Below, one piece after another: positions 20,580 to 30,522 of a stretch of 64,000 bases of DNA. The notes beneath the pieces are model-generated. The model saw only the letters and a program-made list of their open reading frames with translations, was not told the DNA's origin and searched no databases. Numbering within the stretch: position 1 is the stretch's first letter; every line of letters begins with the position of its first letter. A program made the translations under genes and the position numbers. The stretch lies in the NCBI GenBank assembly GCA_965248445.1, contig CBDFJG010000003.1, forward strand, positions 192,001 to 256,000, read 5' to 3'. This stretch comes from Planctomycetota bacterium. GTDB lineage: Bacteria > Planctomycetota > JAJSAM01 > JAJVHW01.

Positions 20580-22370
20580 TCAGAACGCGAAGAACCGGGG
20601 CAACAGAAAGACCGCGAGCACCAGATGCAGAATCTGCAGCGGCAGCCCCACCCTCACGAAGTCGGAGAACCGATACCCACCAGGACCGAGGACGAGCAGA
20701 TTGGTCTGGTAGCCCATCGGCGTCGCCAGCGCGAGCGACGCGGCGTACACGACGGCCATCACGAACGGGCGCGACGACACGTCGAGGGCGCTCGCGCTCT
20801 CGAGTGCGACCGGCAGCATCAGCGCCGCTGCCGCAAGGTTGCTGATCAGACAGGTCAGGACGTTCGTGAGCACCCACACCGCGGCCATCGCGGCGACGGC
20901 CTTCGCCGTCTCCGGCGCCATGCGCGTGACGCCGCCGATCAGATCGTCCGCGATCTCCTTGGCAACACCCGTCTTCTCCATGGCGACGCCGAGCGAGATG
21001 GTCCCGGCCATGACGACGAGCGTCGTCAGATCCAGCGATCTGTACGCCCGCCGCGTGGTGAGGCAGCGCGTGGCGATCAGCAGCGCCACTCCCGCGACCG
21101 CCAGGAACGAGATCGGAACGACGTTCAGCGCGCCGAGCACGATGATCGCGAGGATGACTGCGAGCACCAACGGGGCACGGCGACGCAGTGGCGCCGGTTC
21201 GCCAGTGCCCTCGACGAGCACGAAGTCATCCGAGTGCCGCAGGCGGCCGATGCCGTTGAGTTCGGTCTGGACGAGCAGCGTGTCGCCGTGTTCGAGAAGC
21301 AGATCGGCGATGCCGTGGCGCAGATGCGATCCGCGACGCTGCACGGCCATCACCGCCGCACCGCGCAACGCGCGCTCCGAGGCCGTCCGCACCTTGCGCC
21401 CCACCAGCGGCGAGTGCTTGGTGATGACCAGTTCCGCCAGCGTCACCGAGCGGCGGCGCATGTCCTCCGGCCTCAGTTCAGGGAGCACGACGTGCCCCGC
21501 ATCCTGCACCGCCGCGACACTCTCCGCCCGCCCGCGCACCAGGATGAGATCGTCCGCTTCGAGCAGCAGGTCCGGCGCACTCGGCCAGAGGATCTCGCGG
21601 CCGCGCACGACCTCGATCACGAGGAGGTCGGGATGCGGTCCTGCGAACGCGGCCTCGATGGTCTGTCCGATCAGCGGCGACCCCTCCGACGCGCGGACCT
21701 CGGTCACGTACTCCGCCGGCGTACCCGCGAGCAGGCCGGCAACCGTGCGGCGCGTGGGCAGGAGCATCGGTCCGACGAGCAGGAGGTACACCATTCCCGA
21801 CGCCACGAGCACCAGTCCGAACGGCAGCGGCTCGAAGAAGCCGATCGCCTCGCCGGGGCCCAGCCGCCGTTCGACTTCTCCTGACACGAGCAGTGTGGTG
21901 GACGTCCCGATCAGCGTGCACGAGCCTCCGAGGATCGCCGCGTACGAGAGGGGCAGCAGAAGCCGTGATGGCGCGGTCTTCACGTCGGCGGCCAGCGCCA
22001 GCACGATCGGGATGAACACCGCCACGGTGGGCGTGTTGTTCACGAACGCGGAGGGCACGGCGACGAGCAGGACGACGGCAGCGAGCGCGCTGCGTTCCCG
22101 GCCCGCCGCCATCTTGCGGATCGCGCGGCCGATTCCATCCACGACGCCGCAATCGACGATGGCGCGGGACAGCACGAACATCGCGGCCACGGTCAGGACC
22201 GCAGCGTTCCCGAAGCCCGAGAACGCCTCGGACGGATCGAGGATCCCGAGCACGCCGAGCGCCACCGGGATGAGCACGGCGACGATGTCGATGTCGATCC
22301 ACTCCGTCAGGAAGAGGACCAGCGCCAGCCCCAGGACCACCAGGGTCCCCACCTGCGGGTCGATCGCCAT
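20580..22370 (-). CDS. SLC13/DASS-family permease with two TrkA-C (RCK_C) domains
   Basis: Motifs SAFVNNT, GGSCTLIGTST, ISNLAA and TPMGYQTNLLV.GPGGYRFSDF, with a central soluble region (SPLIGQTI, SPLVGRKV). Confidence 0.92.
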   Translation of the reverse strand: MAIDPQVGTLVVLGLALVLFLTEWIDIDIVAVLIPVALGVLGILDPSEAFSGFGNAAVLTVAAMFVLSRAIVDCGVVDGIGRAIRKMAAGRERSALAAVVLLVAVPSAFVNNTPTVAVFIPIVLALAADVKTAPSRLLLPLSYAAILGGSCTLIGTSTTLLVSGEVERRLGPGEAIGFFEPLPFGLVLVASGMVYLLLVGPMLLPTRRTVAGLLAGTPAEYVTEVRASEGSPLIGQTIEAAFAGPHPDLLVIEVVRGREILWPSAPDLLLEADDLILVRGRAESVAAVQDAGHVVLPELRPEDMRRRSVTLAELVITKHSPLVGRKVRTASERALRGAAVMAVQRRGSHLRHGIADLLLEHGDTLLVQTELNGIGRLRHSDDFVLVEGTGEPAPLRRRAPLVLAVILAIIVLGALNVVPISFLAVAGVALLIATRCLTTRRAYRSLDLTTLVVMAGTISLGVAMEKTGVAKEIADDLIGGVTRMAPETAKAVAAMAAVWVLTNVLTCLISNLAAAALMLPVALESASALDVSSRPFVMAVVYAASLALATPMGYQTNLLVLGPGGYRFSDFVRVGLPLQILHLVLAVFLLPRFFAF

Positions 22371-22474
22371 AGGGTGGCAGGATACGGCGAGCGCCCGGCT
22401 CGGCGTTCTTCCGAGTTCCGGCCCTGACTGACGTACCGTCTCACCTCCGGAAACTGCCCATTCGGAGGAGCCCC

Positions 22475-22888
22475 GTGACCATGACTTCGAACAGCGCCGG
22501 CTACGCCGAGCGCATCCTGGAGCAACTGCTGCGCCTGCGGGCGCTGGATGCCGTGAAGTTCGAGGAGTCAGGCGATCCCGAGGGCCTCCATCGTCATCGG
22601 TTCCGCTCCGGCGGATGGCAGTGCGAGATCGACGTCGACATGACGGTGCTGGAACTGCGTGCGTATCAGGGGAACGACGTCGTCGCGACTGCGCGCATAC
22701 CCGAGAACATCGCGAACATGCTGATCGGGAAGAAGCCGGTGCCGCGGGAGGTCGCCACAGGCGCGTCGGCGTCCGAGGCGTGCGCAGCGCTGCGTGCGGT
22801 CATCGGCGACTGGCGCAGCAAGAACGCGCGCGTGCGCATCAGCTCCCCGAACGTCGCCCGCCACCCCGACGGCTGGAACAACTCGTAG
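22475..22888 (+). CDS. Hypothetical protein
   Basis: GGAGGAG RBS, coding-like composition, 137 aa. Confidence 0.65.
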   Translation: MTMTSNSAGYAERILEQLLRLRALDAVKFEESGDPEGLHRHRFRSGGWQCEIDVDMTVLELRAYQGNDVVATARIPENIANMLIGKKPVPREVATGASASEACAALRAVIGDWRSKNARVRISSPNVARHPDGWNNS

Positions 22889-22901
22889 CGAGCATCGACC
22901 C

Positions 22902-23645
22902 GTGTCCGACCTCTCGTTCGATTCCCTACGCGATCTGCTGCGCTCGCGTCCCAACGGGCTGACGTTCGCAGACCTGCCAGGCACGGTTCTCGAAGACCTG
23001 GCGCTGGGGTGGTCCGGCGGCCGGCGACTGGCGGAAGTGGCCGCGCAGCTTGCGACGCGAATCGACGGAATCCCGTCGTCCGGCCGTGACAGCGAGATCG
23101 CTGGACGCGCTCTGCTGACGCTTCTCGCGCGGCGGGGCGCGCCGATCGCCGTCCGCACCGAAGGCGATCACGTTCGCCTCCTCGGCAGCCCCGAGGACGA
23201 CGAGGGCGATCCGGAGGGCGCTGCCGCGTTCCAAGCGCGCGAGGCGGAGTACGCGTCACTCGCGGCGATGGACAGCGCGTACGCGGTCGGCGAGTACGTC
23301 GCGGACGTGCGAGGCGCGTTCGACGCAGCGCGCACGGGGATGCCCGCAGCGTTGCCGCCGGACCGCGTAGCCGGGGGCCACCGTCTGGCGCTGCTGCACA
23401 CGGGGCTGCCCGCCGGACTGCGCACCTGGTTCCACGACCGCTACGACGAGCAACGCGCAGACTCGCTGGCCTGGAAGTTCGTGCTGGTCGGACGCGGCAT
23501 CGCCCGTCACCGCGATGGCATGCTCGAGACCGGCGTCCTGCGCGCCCTCGGCGACCCCGATCCGGCCGTGCCCGAGGAGCTCGTACGTGCGCTCCTCGCG
23601 CTCGATCTCGGCGAACTCGCGCGCACGGCGATCCTCGAGCCGTGA
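22902..23645 (+). CDS. Hypothetical protein
   Basis: GTG 13 nt after the upstream stop and a globular-looking sequence with no recognised motif. Confidence 0.65.
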   Translation: MSDLSFDSLRDLLRSRPNGLTFADLPGTVLEDLALGWSGGRRLAEVAAQLATRIDGIPSSGRDSEIAGRALLTLLARRGAPIAVRTEGDHVRLLGSPEDDEGDPEGAAAFQAREAEYASLAAMDSAYAVGEYVADVRGAFDAARTGMPAALPPDRVAGGHRLALLHTGLPAGLRTWFHDRYDEQRADSLAWKFVLVGRGIARHRDGMLETGVLRALGDPDPAVPEELVRALLALDLGELARTAILEP

Positions 23646-23733
23646 GGTGGGCGCCCCGTAAGAGGGGGCCGCGCCGAACGCCCGCCGCCCGTGTCAGCGG
23701 ACTCGGGAGCCGGAGCCGTGAACAACGCCGCCG

Positions 23734-25233
23734 GTAACCGTTCACCCCTTGACAGCGTGTGAGCCTCAGCGTGCGACGGGCATCGGGACCATGACGGGCG
23801 GGTCGGCGCCGGTGAGGTGCGCGGCGACCGAGTCGGCGAGGAAGTCGAAGACTTGGTCGCCACGGCGTCGCAGCGTGGCCGCGGCGGTCAACACGCGCTC
23901 GGCGAAGCGGAGTCCGCGAGCGGACTGGCTTCCGAAGGAGCCCTTGCGCCAGAGCACCGCTTTGCGGACCGCGCGCTCGGCGGCGTTGTTCGTCGGACTC
24001 ACGTCCTGGGTCCGCGCATAGGTGAAGAGGGCGACCACGCGGGGGCGCAGATGGTTGGCCAGAGCCGAGTCGTCGTTCGCGATCAGTCGCTCGAGCCGTC
24101 CGCGCAGCACAGCGGCTTCGCCTTGCAGCCGGTCACGGTCGCCGTGCTCACCGAAGAGCCGGTAGCTGCGCATGACCGACTGCGCGATCATGACGCCCTT
24201 GTTGCCGAAGCGGCGATGTCCTCGCGGGCCTTCGGCCAGCGCACGGAAGGCGCGCTCGATGTGCGCCCAGCAGAGCTGGCGGCGGGCAAGTGGGTGTGAC
24301 TCGTAGGCACCCATCCGGTCGCTGATCACCGTGCCACCGAAGCGCCGCCCGATCAGCCGCCCTTTCGCCTTGGCACTGCGGCGGCGATCGATCCCGAAGG
24401 CTGTGGCGTGCTCGCTCTCCGCCGCCCACAGCCAGCACACCCGGCCCCGTTCCTTCCACGACGTCTCGTCCACGTTGGCTCGCAGCGACGTGCGGACTGC
24501 CCCGAGGGCTTCGAGGTACGACGAGTGCAGAGAGTCACTGAGCCGACGCTCACAGTCGCTGATCTTGCCCAGCGACATCTTCACACCGAAAATCTCACCG
24601 AGCAGCCGCTGCGTCTCCCGCACGCTCACGCGGTACACGCCGCGCAGCGCGCCGGCAAGTGTGGTCAGCCGCGGACCGAAGGCCCCGGTCGGCACGCCAT
24701 CGGGCAGGACCGCCGTCGTGACCGCACGACAGCGCCGGCACCGCGCCTTGTGCAGCCGGTGCTCCCGCACCGTGACGAGCACGCGCGGGAGCACCGTCAC
24801 CTGGTGCCGGTACGGATCGCCGATGCCCTGCTCGAGATCGTCGTGTCCGCACGCGTCGCAGAGGTCGGGACGGTGGTCCTTGGTCTCATCGACGTTGGAC
24901 GGATCCACCAGCTCGCGCGCCGTGCCCTCATGGCCCGGCTGTCCGCCCTGCTGGCGACCGCTACGCGGCCTTCGGCCGCGACGGCGCTTGGACCACGCCG
25001 GGTCCGACGACGGAGGCCTCGAGCTGTTGCGGGAGTCACGCTTCAGACGCGACTCGAGCTCGTCGATGCGGCGCAGATGCTTCGCTTCGCGACGCTCCAG
25101 CTCCTCGATCCAGGCCAGAAGGCCCTCGACCATCGCCCGCAGATCCTCGTCCTGCCGCTCGCCCACAACATCTTGATCGACCGATGGCCGAACGATCTGG
25201 ATCCTGGCTCGCGACGAAGGGGTGAACGGTTAC
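23734..25233 (-). mobile_element. IS66-family insertion sequence, single-ORF (ISBst12-like) type, 1500 bp
   Basis: Perfect 17-bp terminal inverted repeats GTAACCGTTCACCCCTT (23734-23750) and AAGGGGTGAACGGTTAC (25217-25233). The 8-bp flanks CGCCGCCG and AGGCGCGG do not match. Confidence 0.93.
23766..25166 (-). CDS. IS66-family DDE transposase (TnpC-like)
   Basis: Coiled coil, NSSRPPSSD, GGQPGH.G, CxxC...CxxC, VDETSW, SDR..AY, QLCWAH and TNNAAERAVR. Confidence 0.95.
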   Translation of the reverse strand: MGERQDEDLRAMVEGLLAWIEELERREAKHLRRIDELESRLKRDSRNSSRPPSSDPAWSKRRRGRRPRSGRQQGGQPGHEGTARELVDPSNVDETKDHRPDLCDACGHDDLEQGIGDPYRHQVTVLPRVLVTVREHRLHKARCRRCRAVTTAVLPDGVPTGAFGPRLTTLAGALRGVYRVSVRETQRLLGEIFGVKMSLGKISDCERRLSDSLHSSYLEALGAVRTSLRANVDETSWKERGRVCWLWAAESEHATAFGIDRRRSAKAKGRLIGRRFGGTVISDRMGAYESHPLARRQLCWAHIERAFRALAEGPRGHRRFGNKGVMIAQSVMRSYRLFGEHGDRDRLQGEAAVLRGRLERLIANDDSALANHLRPRVVALFTYARTQDVSPTNNAAERAVRKAVLWRKGSFGSQSARGLRFAERVLTAAATLRRRGDQVFDFLADSVAAHLTGADPPVMVPMPVAR

Positions 25234-26153
25234 AGGCGCGGCGGGGAGCACGCCGCGGCGGAGACCGCGGCAAGCGCGGCCGCGGCCGCCGGCTGCGCCG
25301 TGACGACTTCGGCCTGACCGAGCGCCGCGAGCTGACGGGCGACGAGATCTACGAGCTCGCCAGGATGATCGTCGGCGCCGAGATGCAGGCGATCACCTAC
25401 AACGAGTTCCTGCCCCTGCTGTTGGGTGATGGGGCTCTGCGTCCGTACGACGGGTACCGCGAAGACGCCGATCCGAGCATCACGAACTCGTTCGCCACCG
25501 CTGCGTACCGTGTCGGCCACACGATGCTCTCGCCGACGCTTCGCCGTGTGACGCGGTCGGGCAGCACGGTTGCCGAGGGCGATCTCTCGCTCGCGGACGC
25601 GTTCTTCGATCCGACGGTGATCGCGGAGGGCGGTATCGAGTCGCTCCTGCGCGGTCTCGTCTCGCAGCGGGCGCAGGAGATCGACACGCGCATCGTGGAC
25701 GAGGTCCGCAACCTGCTCTTCGGCGCTCCCGGCGCAGGCGGGCTGGATCTCGCCGCGCTGAACATCCAGCGGGGCCGCGATCACGGGCTGCCGTCCTACG
25801 CGCAGTCTCGGGCCGAACTCGGACTGCCCGCGGTGACCGCCTTCGATCAGATCTCGTCGGACGCGGAGGTCACAGATGGGCTCGCGTCCGTCTACGAGCG
25901 CGTCGAGGATGTGGACCGGTGGGTCGGTGGCATCGCCGAGGACCACGTGCCCGGCGCCGTCGTCGGTGAGACGCTCCGCGCCCTCCTCGCCGAGCAGTTC
26001 GAGGACCTGCGGGACGGCGACCGCTTCTTCTACCTGGATCACTTGCCCGAGCACTGTGTCCGGCTGGTCGAACGCCAGACCCTCCGCCGCATCATGCGGC
26101 GGAACACGAGGATCGGAGGCGAGCTCACCCGAGATCCGTGGCACGCGCGCTGA
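25234..26153 (+). pseudogene. C-terminal half of an animal-type heme peroxidase (peroxidase-cyclooxygenase superfamily), 5'-truncated at the IS end
   Basis: IYELARMIVGAEMQAITYNEFLP, FATAAYRVGH (proximal His), DLAALNIQRGRDHGLP and RDGDRF are present. No N-terminal half is found on either side of the IS. Confidence 0.88.
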
Positions 26154-26273
26154 GAGGCGGGGCCCCACAGAGCGGGCCTCGCACAACCGCCCCGTCCGGA
26201 CCGGCCCAAAACGGCCGGGCGGGGCCACCGGCGCTGCGTCGTGGTCGCGCGGGGGACTCGGAGAGGCTCCTGG

Positions 26274-26299
26274 CTCAAGATTCCCGTAAGACGTACCGT
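26274..26299 (+). promoter_or_regulatory. Candidate OmpR-type direct-repeat box plus -10 element
   Basis: CTCAAG-ATTCC-CGTAAG followed by TACCGT, upstream of the operon encoding the regulator. Confidence 0.5.
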
Positions 26300-26312
26300 C
26301 GAAGGTCCGCGC

Positions 26313-27644
26313 GTGGGCACTGCTACTCCCCGACCTCGTCTTCTCCCCCTGTTGCTGCTCGTGGCAGCGGGTTCGCTCGTCTCGCCGTCGCGCGCGGACG
26401 ACGCGGGTGACGCCGTGCAGGCCGTCATCGACGCTCTGCGGGAGGGAGACGTGGCCGCGGCAGTCACCGGGCTCTCGACGGCGACGGAGACGGTCGATCT
26501 CACCTCGCGCACGGACCTGCTGCACGTGCTCGCGGACCGCGCCTACCGGTTCGACCTGTCCCGTGCCGACGCGCCTCTGGAACAGCGCCGCGACCTTGCC
26601 GCGAAGCTCGTCGGGCTGGCGGAGACAGCCCATGCTGCTGATGGGACGGACGTGCGCGCGGCCTGGGCACTGGCCGCGTCGGTCGTCGTGAACGAGCGCC
26701 TGGCGTCGTCTTCCGATCCGGAGAACTGGCGCCGAGCGGCCGCTCTGCTGGTTTCCGCGCACGACGCGGAACCGGCTGACGGCGAGTCGCTCGGCTACGC
26801 CGTGACGTTCCTTATGGAGGGCGCCTGCACGGTCCTGGACGAGCGACACGCACTCACGAAAGAGGCGGACGCCGTTGCGCGCAACGCGTTGCGCGCACAT
26901 CCGGACGTCCCCGCGCTGGCGAACGCGATCGCAACGACCAAGACCTGGGCGGCGCGCACTCTCCTTACGTCGAACAGGAAGGCGGCGCGCACTGCGCTCA
27001 AGAGCGCTCTCGACACTCTGACTCCCTACGCACGCGACGCCGACAAGCGCGGCGTCGTCGCCTCGGCGTGGAACGAGGCGGTGACGACCGGCCGGGAGAA
27101 CGACTTCGGCATGCGCGCCTCCTACATCACGCGCCGCGCGACGGCGCTGGGGGAGCACGTTGCTCTCAACGTGCCACGGACGCCGCGCTGGGGGGTTTCC
27201 GACGGAGAGTACGACGACGGCGAAACGTTCACGTACGTCACGCACCTGGATCGTGCCGGCGACGTGCGCGCGCAACTGCTGTTTCGCCGCTACGACTTCG
27301 GGACGTCGTACCGGTTTGTCGGTCCGGTCGAGGTGAACGGCGACAACGCGAAGAAGATCGCCGCGGGCGTCACGGAGATGTCCGAGGCGAACCTGTTCGA
27401 GCCGGGAGCCAAGGCGTCGAAGCCTGGGAAGAAGAGCATCGGACGCGACTTCTCCGGTTACCGCGCCGAGATCGCCGGCCAGGAGCGTGGAGAGGACGGA
27501 CGCCCGTTGACGCTTCGCATCCTGTGCATGCGCGGCGGACGACAGGCCACGCTGACCGTGCTCGTGTATCTGTACGGAGAGGATCGCGAGACCGGGCCGG
27601 AGTTGCAGTCGGTGCTGGACAGCCTGTTCGAGCCCGAGGATTGA
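26313..27644 (+). CDS. Secreted hypothetical protein (helical N-terminus, alpha/beta C-terminus)
   Basis: Signal peptide LLPLLLLVAAGSLVSPSRA-DD. It ends 1 nt before the response regulator start. Confidence 0.72.
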   Translation: MGTATPRPRLLPLLLLVAAGSLVSPSRADDAGDAVQAVIDALREGDVAAAVTGLSTATETVDLTSRTDLLHVLADRAYRFDLSRADAPLEQRRDLAAKLVGLAETAHAADGTDVRAAWALAASVVVNERLASSSDPENWRRAAALLVSAHDAEPADGESLGYAVTFLMEGACTVLDERHALTKEADAVARNALRAHPDVPALANAIATTKTWAARTLLTSNRKAARTALKSALDTLTPYARDADKRGVVASAWNEAVTTGRENDFGMRASYITRRATALGEHVALNVPRTPRWGVSDGEYDDGETFTYVTHLDRAGDVRAQLLFRRYDFGTSYRFVGPVEVNGDNAKKIAAGVTEMSEANLFEPGAKASKPGKKSIGRDFSGYRAEIAGQERGEDGRPLTLRILCMRGGRQATLTVLVYLYGEDRETGPELQSVLDSLFEPED

Positions 27645-27645
27645 G

Positions 27646-28323
27646 ATGGCAAGCGATCGGATCCTGCTGGTCGAGGACGACGAGGCGCTCGGGCGGCAGG
27701 TCGTCGGTCACCTCGAGGAGAGCGGCTACGACGTCACGTGGCTCACCGACGGCGACCGCGCGCTCTGGGAAGACCCGGCCGACTACGCGCTGGTGATCCT
27801 CGATCTGATGCTCCCCGGTGCGTACGGACTGGACGTGCTGAAGCGACTGCGCCGCGACAGCGATCTGCCCGTGCTCATCCTGAGCGCGCGACAGGAGACG
27901 AGGGACAAGGTGCGCGCCCTCGACCTCGGCGCCGACGACTTCATCGCGAAGCCCTTCTGGCCGGAGGAGTTGATCGCCCGAGTGCGATCGCGATTGCGCA
28001 GACCGGTGCTCCAACGCGACGGGGTCTGTGAGGTGGGCCCGCTCCGCATCGACACCGAGGGACGCTCGGTGACGGTCACAGGCCGGAACGTCGAACTGAC
28101 GCGCGTCGAGTTCGAGCTGCTCCTGTCGCTCGCGCGCCGCCCCGGGGCGGCGGTGGAACGAGCTTGGCTGGCGGACAACGTGCTCGACCGGGACGGCGAG
28201 GGCGGTGAGCGCACGCTGGACGTTCACGTGTCTCGCCTGCGCAAGAAGCTCGGTGAGAGCGCCAAGCAGATCGCGACCGTGTGGGGCGTCGGCTACCGCC
28301 TGTTGCCGGACGTCCCCGCGTGA
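27646..28323 (+). CDS. OmpR/PhoB-family response regulator
   Basis: ILLVEDD, ILDLMLP, GADDFIAKPF, LTRVEFELL and RTLDVHVSRLRKKL..TVWGVGY. Confidence 0.96.
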   Translation: MASDRILLVEDDEALGRQVVGHLEESGYDVTWLTDGDRALWEDPADYALVILDLMLPGAYGLDVLKRLRRDSDLPVLILSARQETRDKVRALDLGADDFIAKPFWPEELIARVRSRLRRPVLQRDGVCEVGPLRIDTEGRSVTVTGRNVELTRVEFELLLSLARRPGAAVERAWLADNVLDRDGEGGERTLDVHVSRLRKKLGESAKQIATVWGVGYRLLPDVPA

Positions 28324-29777
28324 GACTGCGCGCCCGCCTCGCGCTGTCGGTTCTCGCCGCTGCGCTGCCGCTCGCCGCGGCGTCGGTCTGGCTCCGCGCC
28401 GACTTGGAGCGTCGCAACGAAGAGGATGTGCTGCGCGAGTTCGCCGTCACACGGATGGAGACCGGCGGCCGCGAGGAGTGCGAGCGCGATCCGGCCCGTT
28501 ACCCGCCGCCGCGCAGACGCGGCGGTCGCGGAGGTCAGGGTGGGCGCCCCGGCGCGGCGCCGCCACCACCGCCGCCCGAGATCCCGCTGGTCCGCCGTCC
28601 GCGGCTCCGGGCGGGTCCGGAGGGAACGCGGTTCTGGACGTACAACGGTGACTTCACGTCCGCCAATCCGCGTTCGCCCGAGATCGCACCGGCACTCAGC
28701 GCGGCGCTGGGGCCGGAAGGCGATGTCGCCAGCCGTCGCGTGAAGCTGGGCGACCGGGAGGTGCGCGAGGCGCTCGTGCGCATGTCGTGGACGGGAACGC
28801 CGTGCGACTTCGTGCTGGTGCGGCGGGACAGTCCGCCGGACAGCCTGTTGTCGCATCTCCTGACCGGCGGCCTGATCGGTGGCGGCGTGCTCATCGCCGT
28901 GTTGCTCGCCATGGGTCCGGCCGTGCGCCGCATCCGCCGGTTGGAAGCGGGCGTGCGTGCATCCGCCGCCGACCGTTATCGCACGTCCGTAGAGGTCGAC
29001 GGCAAGGACGAGATCACCGACCTGGCGGCGGCGTTCAACGAAGCGGGAGAGCGCGTGAGGGCACACGTCGGTTCGATCGAGGAGCGCGAGGAAACCCTGC
29101 GGACGTTCGTCGCGAACACGACGCACGACCTGATGACGCCGCTGACCGTCCTGCAGGGGCACCTCGACCGGCTCGGCCGCGACGACAGCGGACAGGACCC
29201 GGAGGCCGAGTCCCGCGCGCGGCGCGACGCGATGCGCGAGGTTGACTACACGACGTCGCTCGTCTCGAACCTCTCGACCGCTGCCAAGCTCGAGGCGAAC
29301 ACGGGGTCGTTCTCCCACTCGGTCAATCTGGTCGACGTCGTCGAACGGGTTGCCGGTCGTTTCGGCCCTGTCGCGCGCGCGGCGGGAGTGGAGCTCAACC
29401 ACTCGGTTCCCGCAGAGGCGGTGTGGACACGCGGCGACGACACGCTCATCGAGCAGGCGGTCGGCAACGTCGTGCAAAACGGCATCCGCTACAACCGGGC
29501 GGGCGGGCACGTGGCGCTGCTGCTGCGCATGCACGACCCCGATCGGTTCTCGATCCTGGTCGTGGACGACGGTCCCGGGATCGCTGCCGACGAGTTGGTG
29601 CGCCTTACCGAGCGCGGGTACCGCGGGGACGAGGCGCGCACCCGCAACCCGCGCGGTCGGGGCCTCGGACTGGACATCGCGCGGGGCGTGGCCGGACGGC
29701 ACGGGTTCGATCTGCGCTTCGGACAGCCCGACGGCGGGGGCCTCGAGGTCACGTTCGAGGGCTCCCGGCGAGCCTGA
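28320..29777 (+). CDS. HAMP-domain sensor histidine kinase
   Basis: GTGA overlap, two TM segments, HAMP (DEITDLAAAFN), HDLMTPLT, N-box, DDGPGI and GRGLGL. Confidence 0.95.
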   Translation: MRLRARLALSVLAAALPLAAASVWLRADLERRNEEDVLREFAVTRMETGGREECERDPARYPPPRRRGGRGGQGGRPGAAPPPPPPEIPLVRRPRLRAGPEGTRFWTYNGDFTSANPRSPEIAPALSAALGPEGDVASRRVKLGDREVREALVRMSWTGTPCDFVLVRRDSPPDSLLSHLLTGGLIGGGVLIAVLLAMGPAVRRIRRLEAGVRASAADRYRTSVEVDGKDEITDLAAAFNEAGERVRAHVGSIEEREETLRTFVANTTHDLMTPLTVLQGHLDRLGRDDSGQDPEAESRARRDAMREVDYTTSLVSNLSTAAKLEANTGSFSHSVNLVDVVERVAGRFGPVARAAGVELNHSVPAEAVWTRGDDTLIEQAVGNVVQNGIRYNRAGGHVALLLRMHDPDRFSILVVDDGPGIAADELVRLTERGYRGDEARTRNPRGRGLGLDIARGVAGRHGFDLRFGQPDGGGLEVTFEGSRRA

Positions 29778-29806
29778 GGCGGCCCGTCACGAGCCTTTTT
29801 TCGAGG

Positions 29807-29839
29807 CTTCAGAAACCCTCAAGGGGCTTGGCCTAGTCT
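29807..29839 (+). promoter_or_regulatory. Candidate OmpR-type direct-repeat box plus -10 element
   Basis: CTTCAG-AAACC-CTCAAG, then 10 nt, then TAGTCT, upstream of the 29901 gene. Confidence 0.5.
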
Positions 29840-29900
29840 CCTCACATCGGTGCAGGAGCTCCCGGGGCGGGAGACCCGCCACCCACGGAGGAAGAACTCG

Positions 29901-30362
29901 ATGTCGCAGCGACTCACTCTCACTCTCCTCGGCTTGACGGCCCTGCTCGGCCTGGCGATCACGCCGGGCGTCGTGGACCGGACGGCCGAGGCCGCCATGG
30001 GCGGCCTCCAGCACCTTCCGCTGCTCGGCGCGGATGAGGCGACCGATCGACCTCCTCCGCCGCCGCCCCCTCCTCCGCCTCCGGGCTGCGAGGATCCTGG
30101 CGAGCGCCGGGACGCGGGTGGCGATGGTCCGGAGGGTGACCGTCCTCCGCCGGCTCGTCGCCGGCCCGGTGGCGAAGAGGGTGAGGGCGGTGACCGCGGT
30201 GCCGGCGGCGAAGGTGGCGAAGCCGGTTGCAACCGGCCCCCGCCTCCGCCTCCCGAAGGCGATCGTCGCGGACGCGGCCGACGTCGCGGCGGTGAGGGTG
30301 GCGAGGCCGGCCGTGATGGTGGCGGTGGCGAGCGCGGCGGCGACGGCGGCGGCCGCCGCTAG
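29901..30362 (+). CDS. Secreted low-complexity Pro/Gly/Glu/Arg-rich protein
   Basis: GGAGGA RBS, signal peptide, poly-Pro tracts and repeated GGEGGEAG. Confidence 0.7.
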   Translation: MSQRLTLTLLGLTALLGLAITPGVVDRTAEAAMGGLQHLPLLGADEATDRPPPPPPPPPPPGCEDPGERRDAGGDGPEGDRPPPARRRPGGEEGEGGDRGAGGEGGEAGCNRPPPPPPEGDRRGRGRRRGGEGGEAGRDGGGGERGGDGGGRR

Positions 30363-30405
30363 GCAGCCCTGTTGAAGCAGAGGGGCTTCCAGGTCGGGAC
30401 TGAAG

Positions 30406-30443
30406 ACAGCCCCTGCGTCCTCGGACGCGGGGGCTGTTTCGTT
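30406..30443 (+). terminator. Intrinsic terminator
   Basis: 15-bp stem ACAGCCCCTGCGTCC/GGACGCGGGGGCTGT followed by TTCGTT. Confidence 0.65.
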
Positions 30444-30522
30444 GCAGTGTGCGCCCCTCGTTCCCGTGCGGTGACGCTGCCCACGCACGAGTGGCGCGGC
30501 ACCGGATTTGTGTGGTCCGGGC

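Noticed and set aside
24408..26153. 581-aa ORF suggesting a novel peroxidase fusion
   Set aside because: The first roughly 275 codons are the antisense of the IS66 transposase and IS end. Only the part after 25233 is peroxidase.
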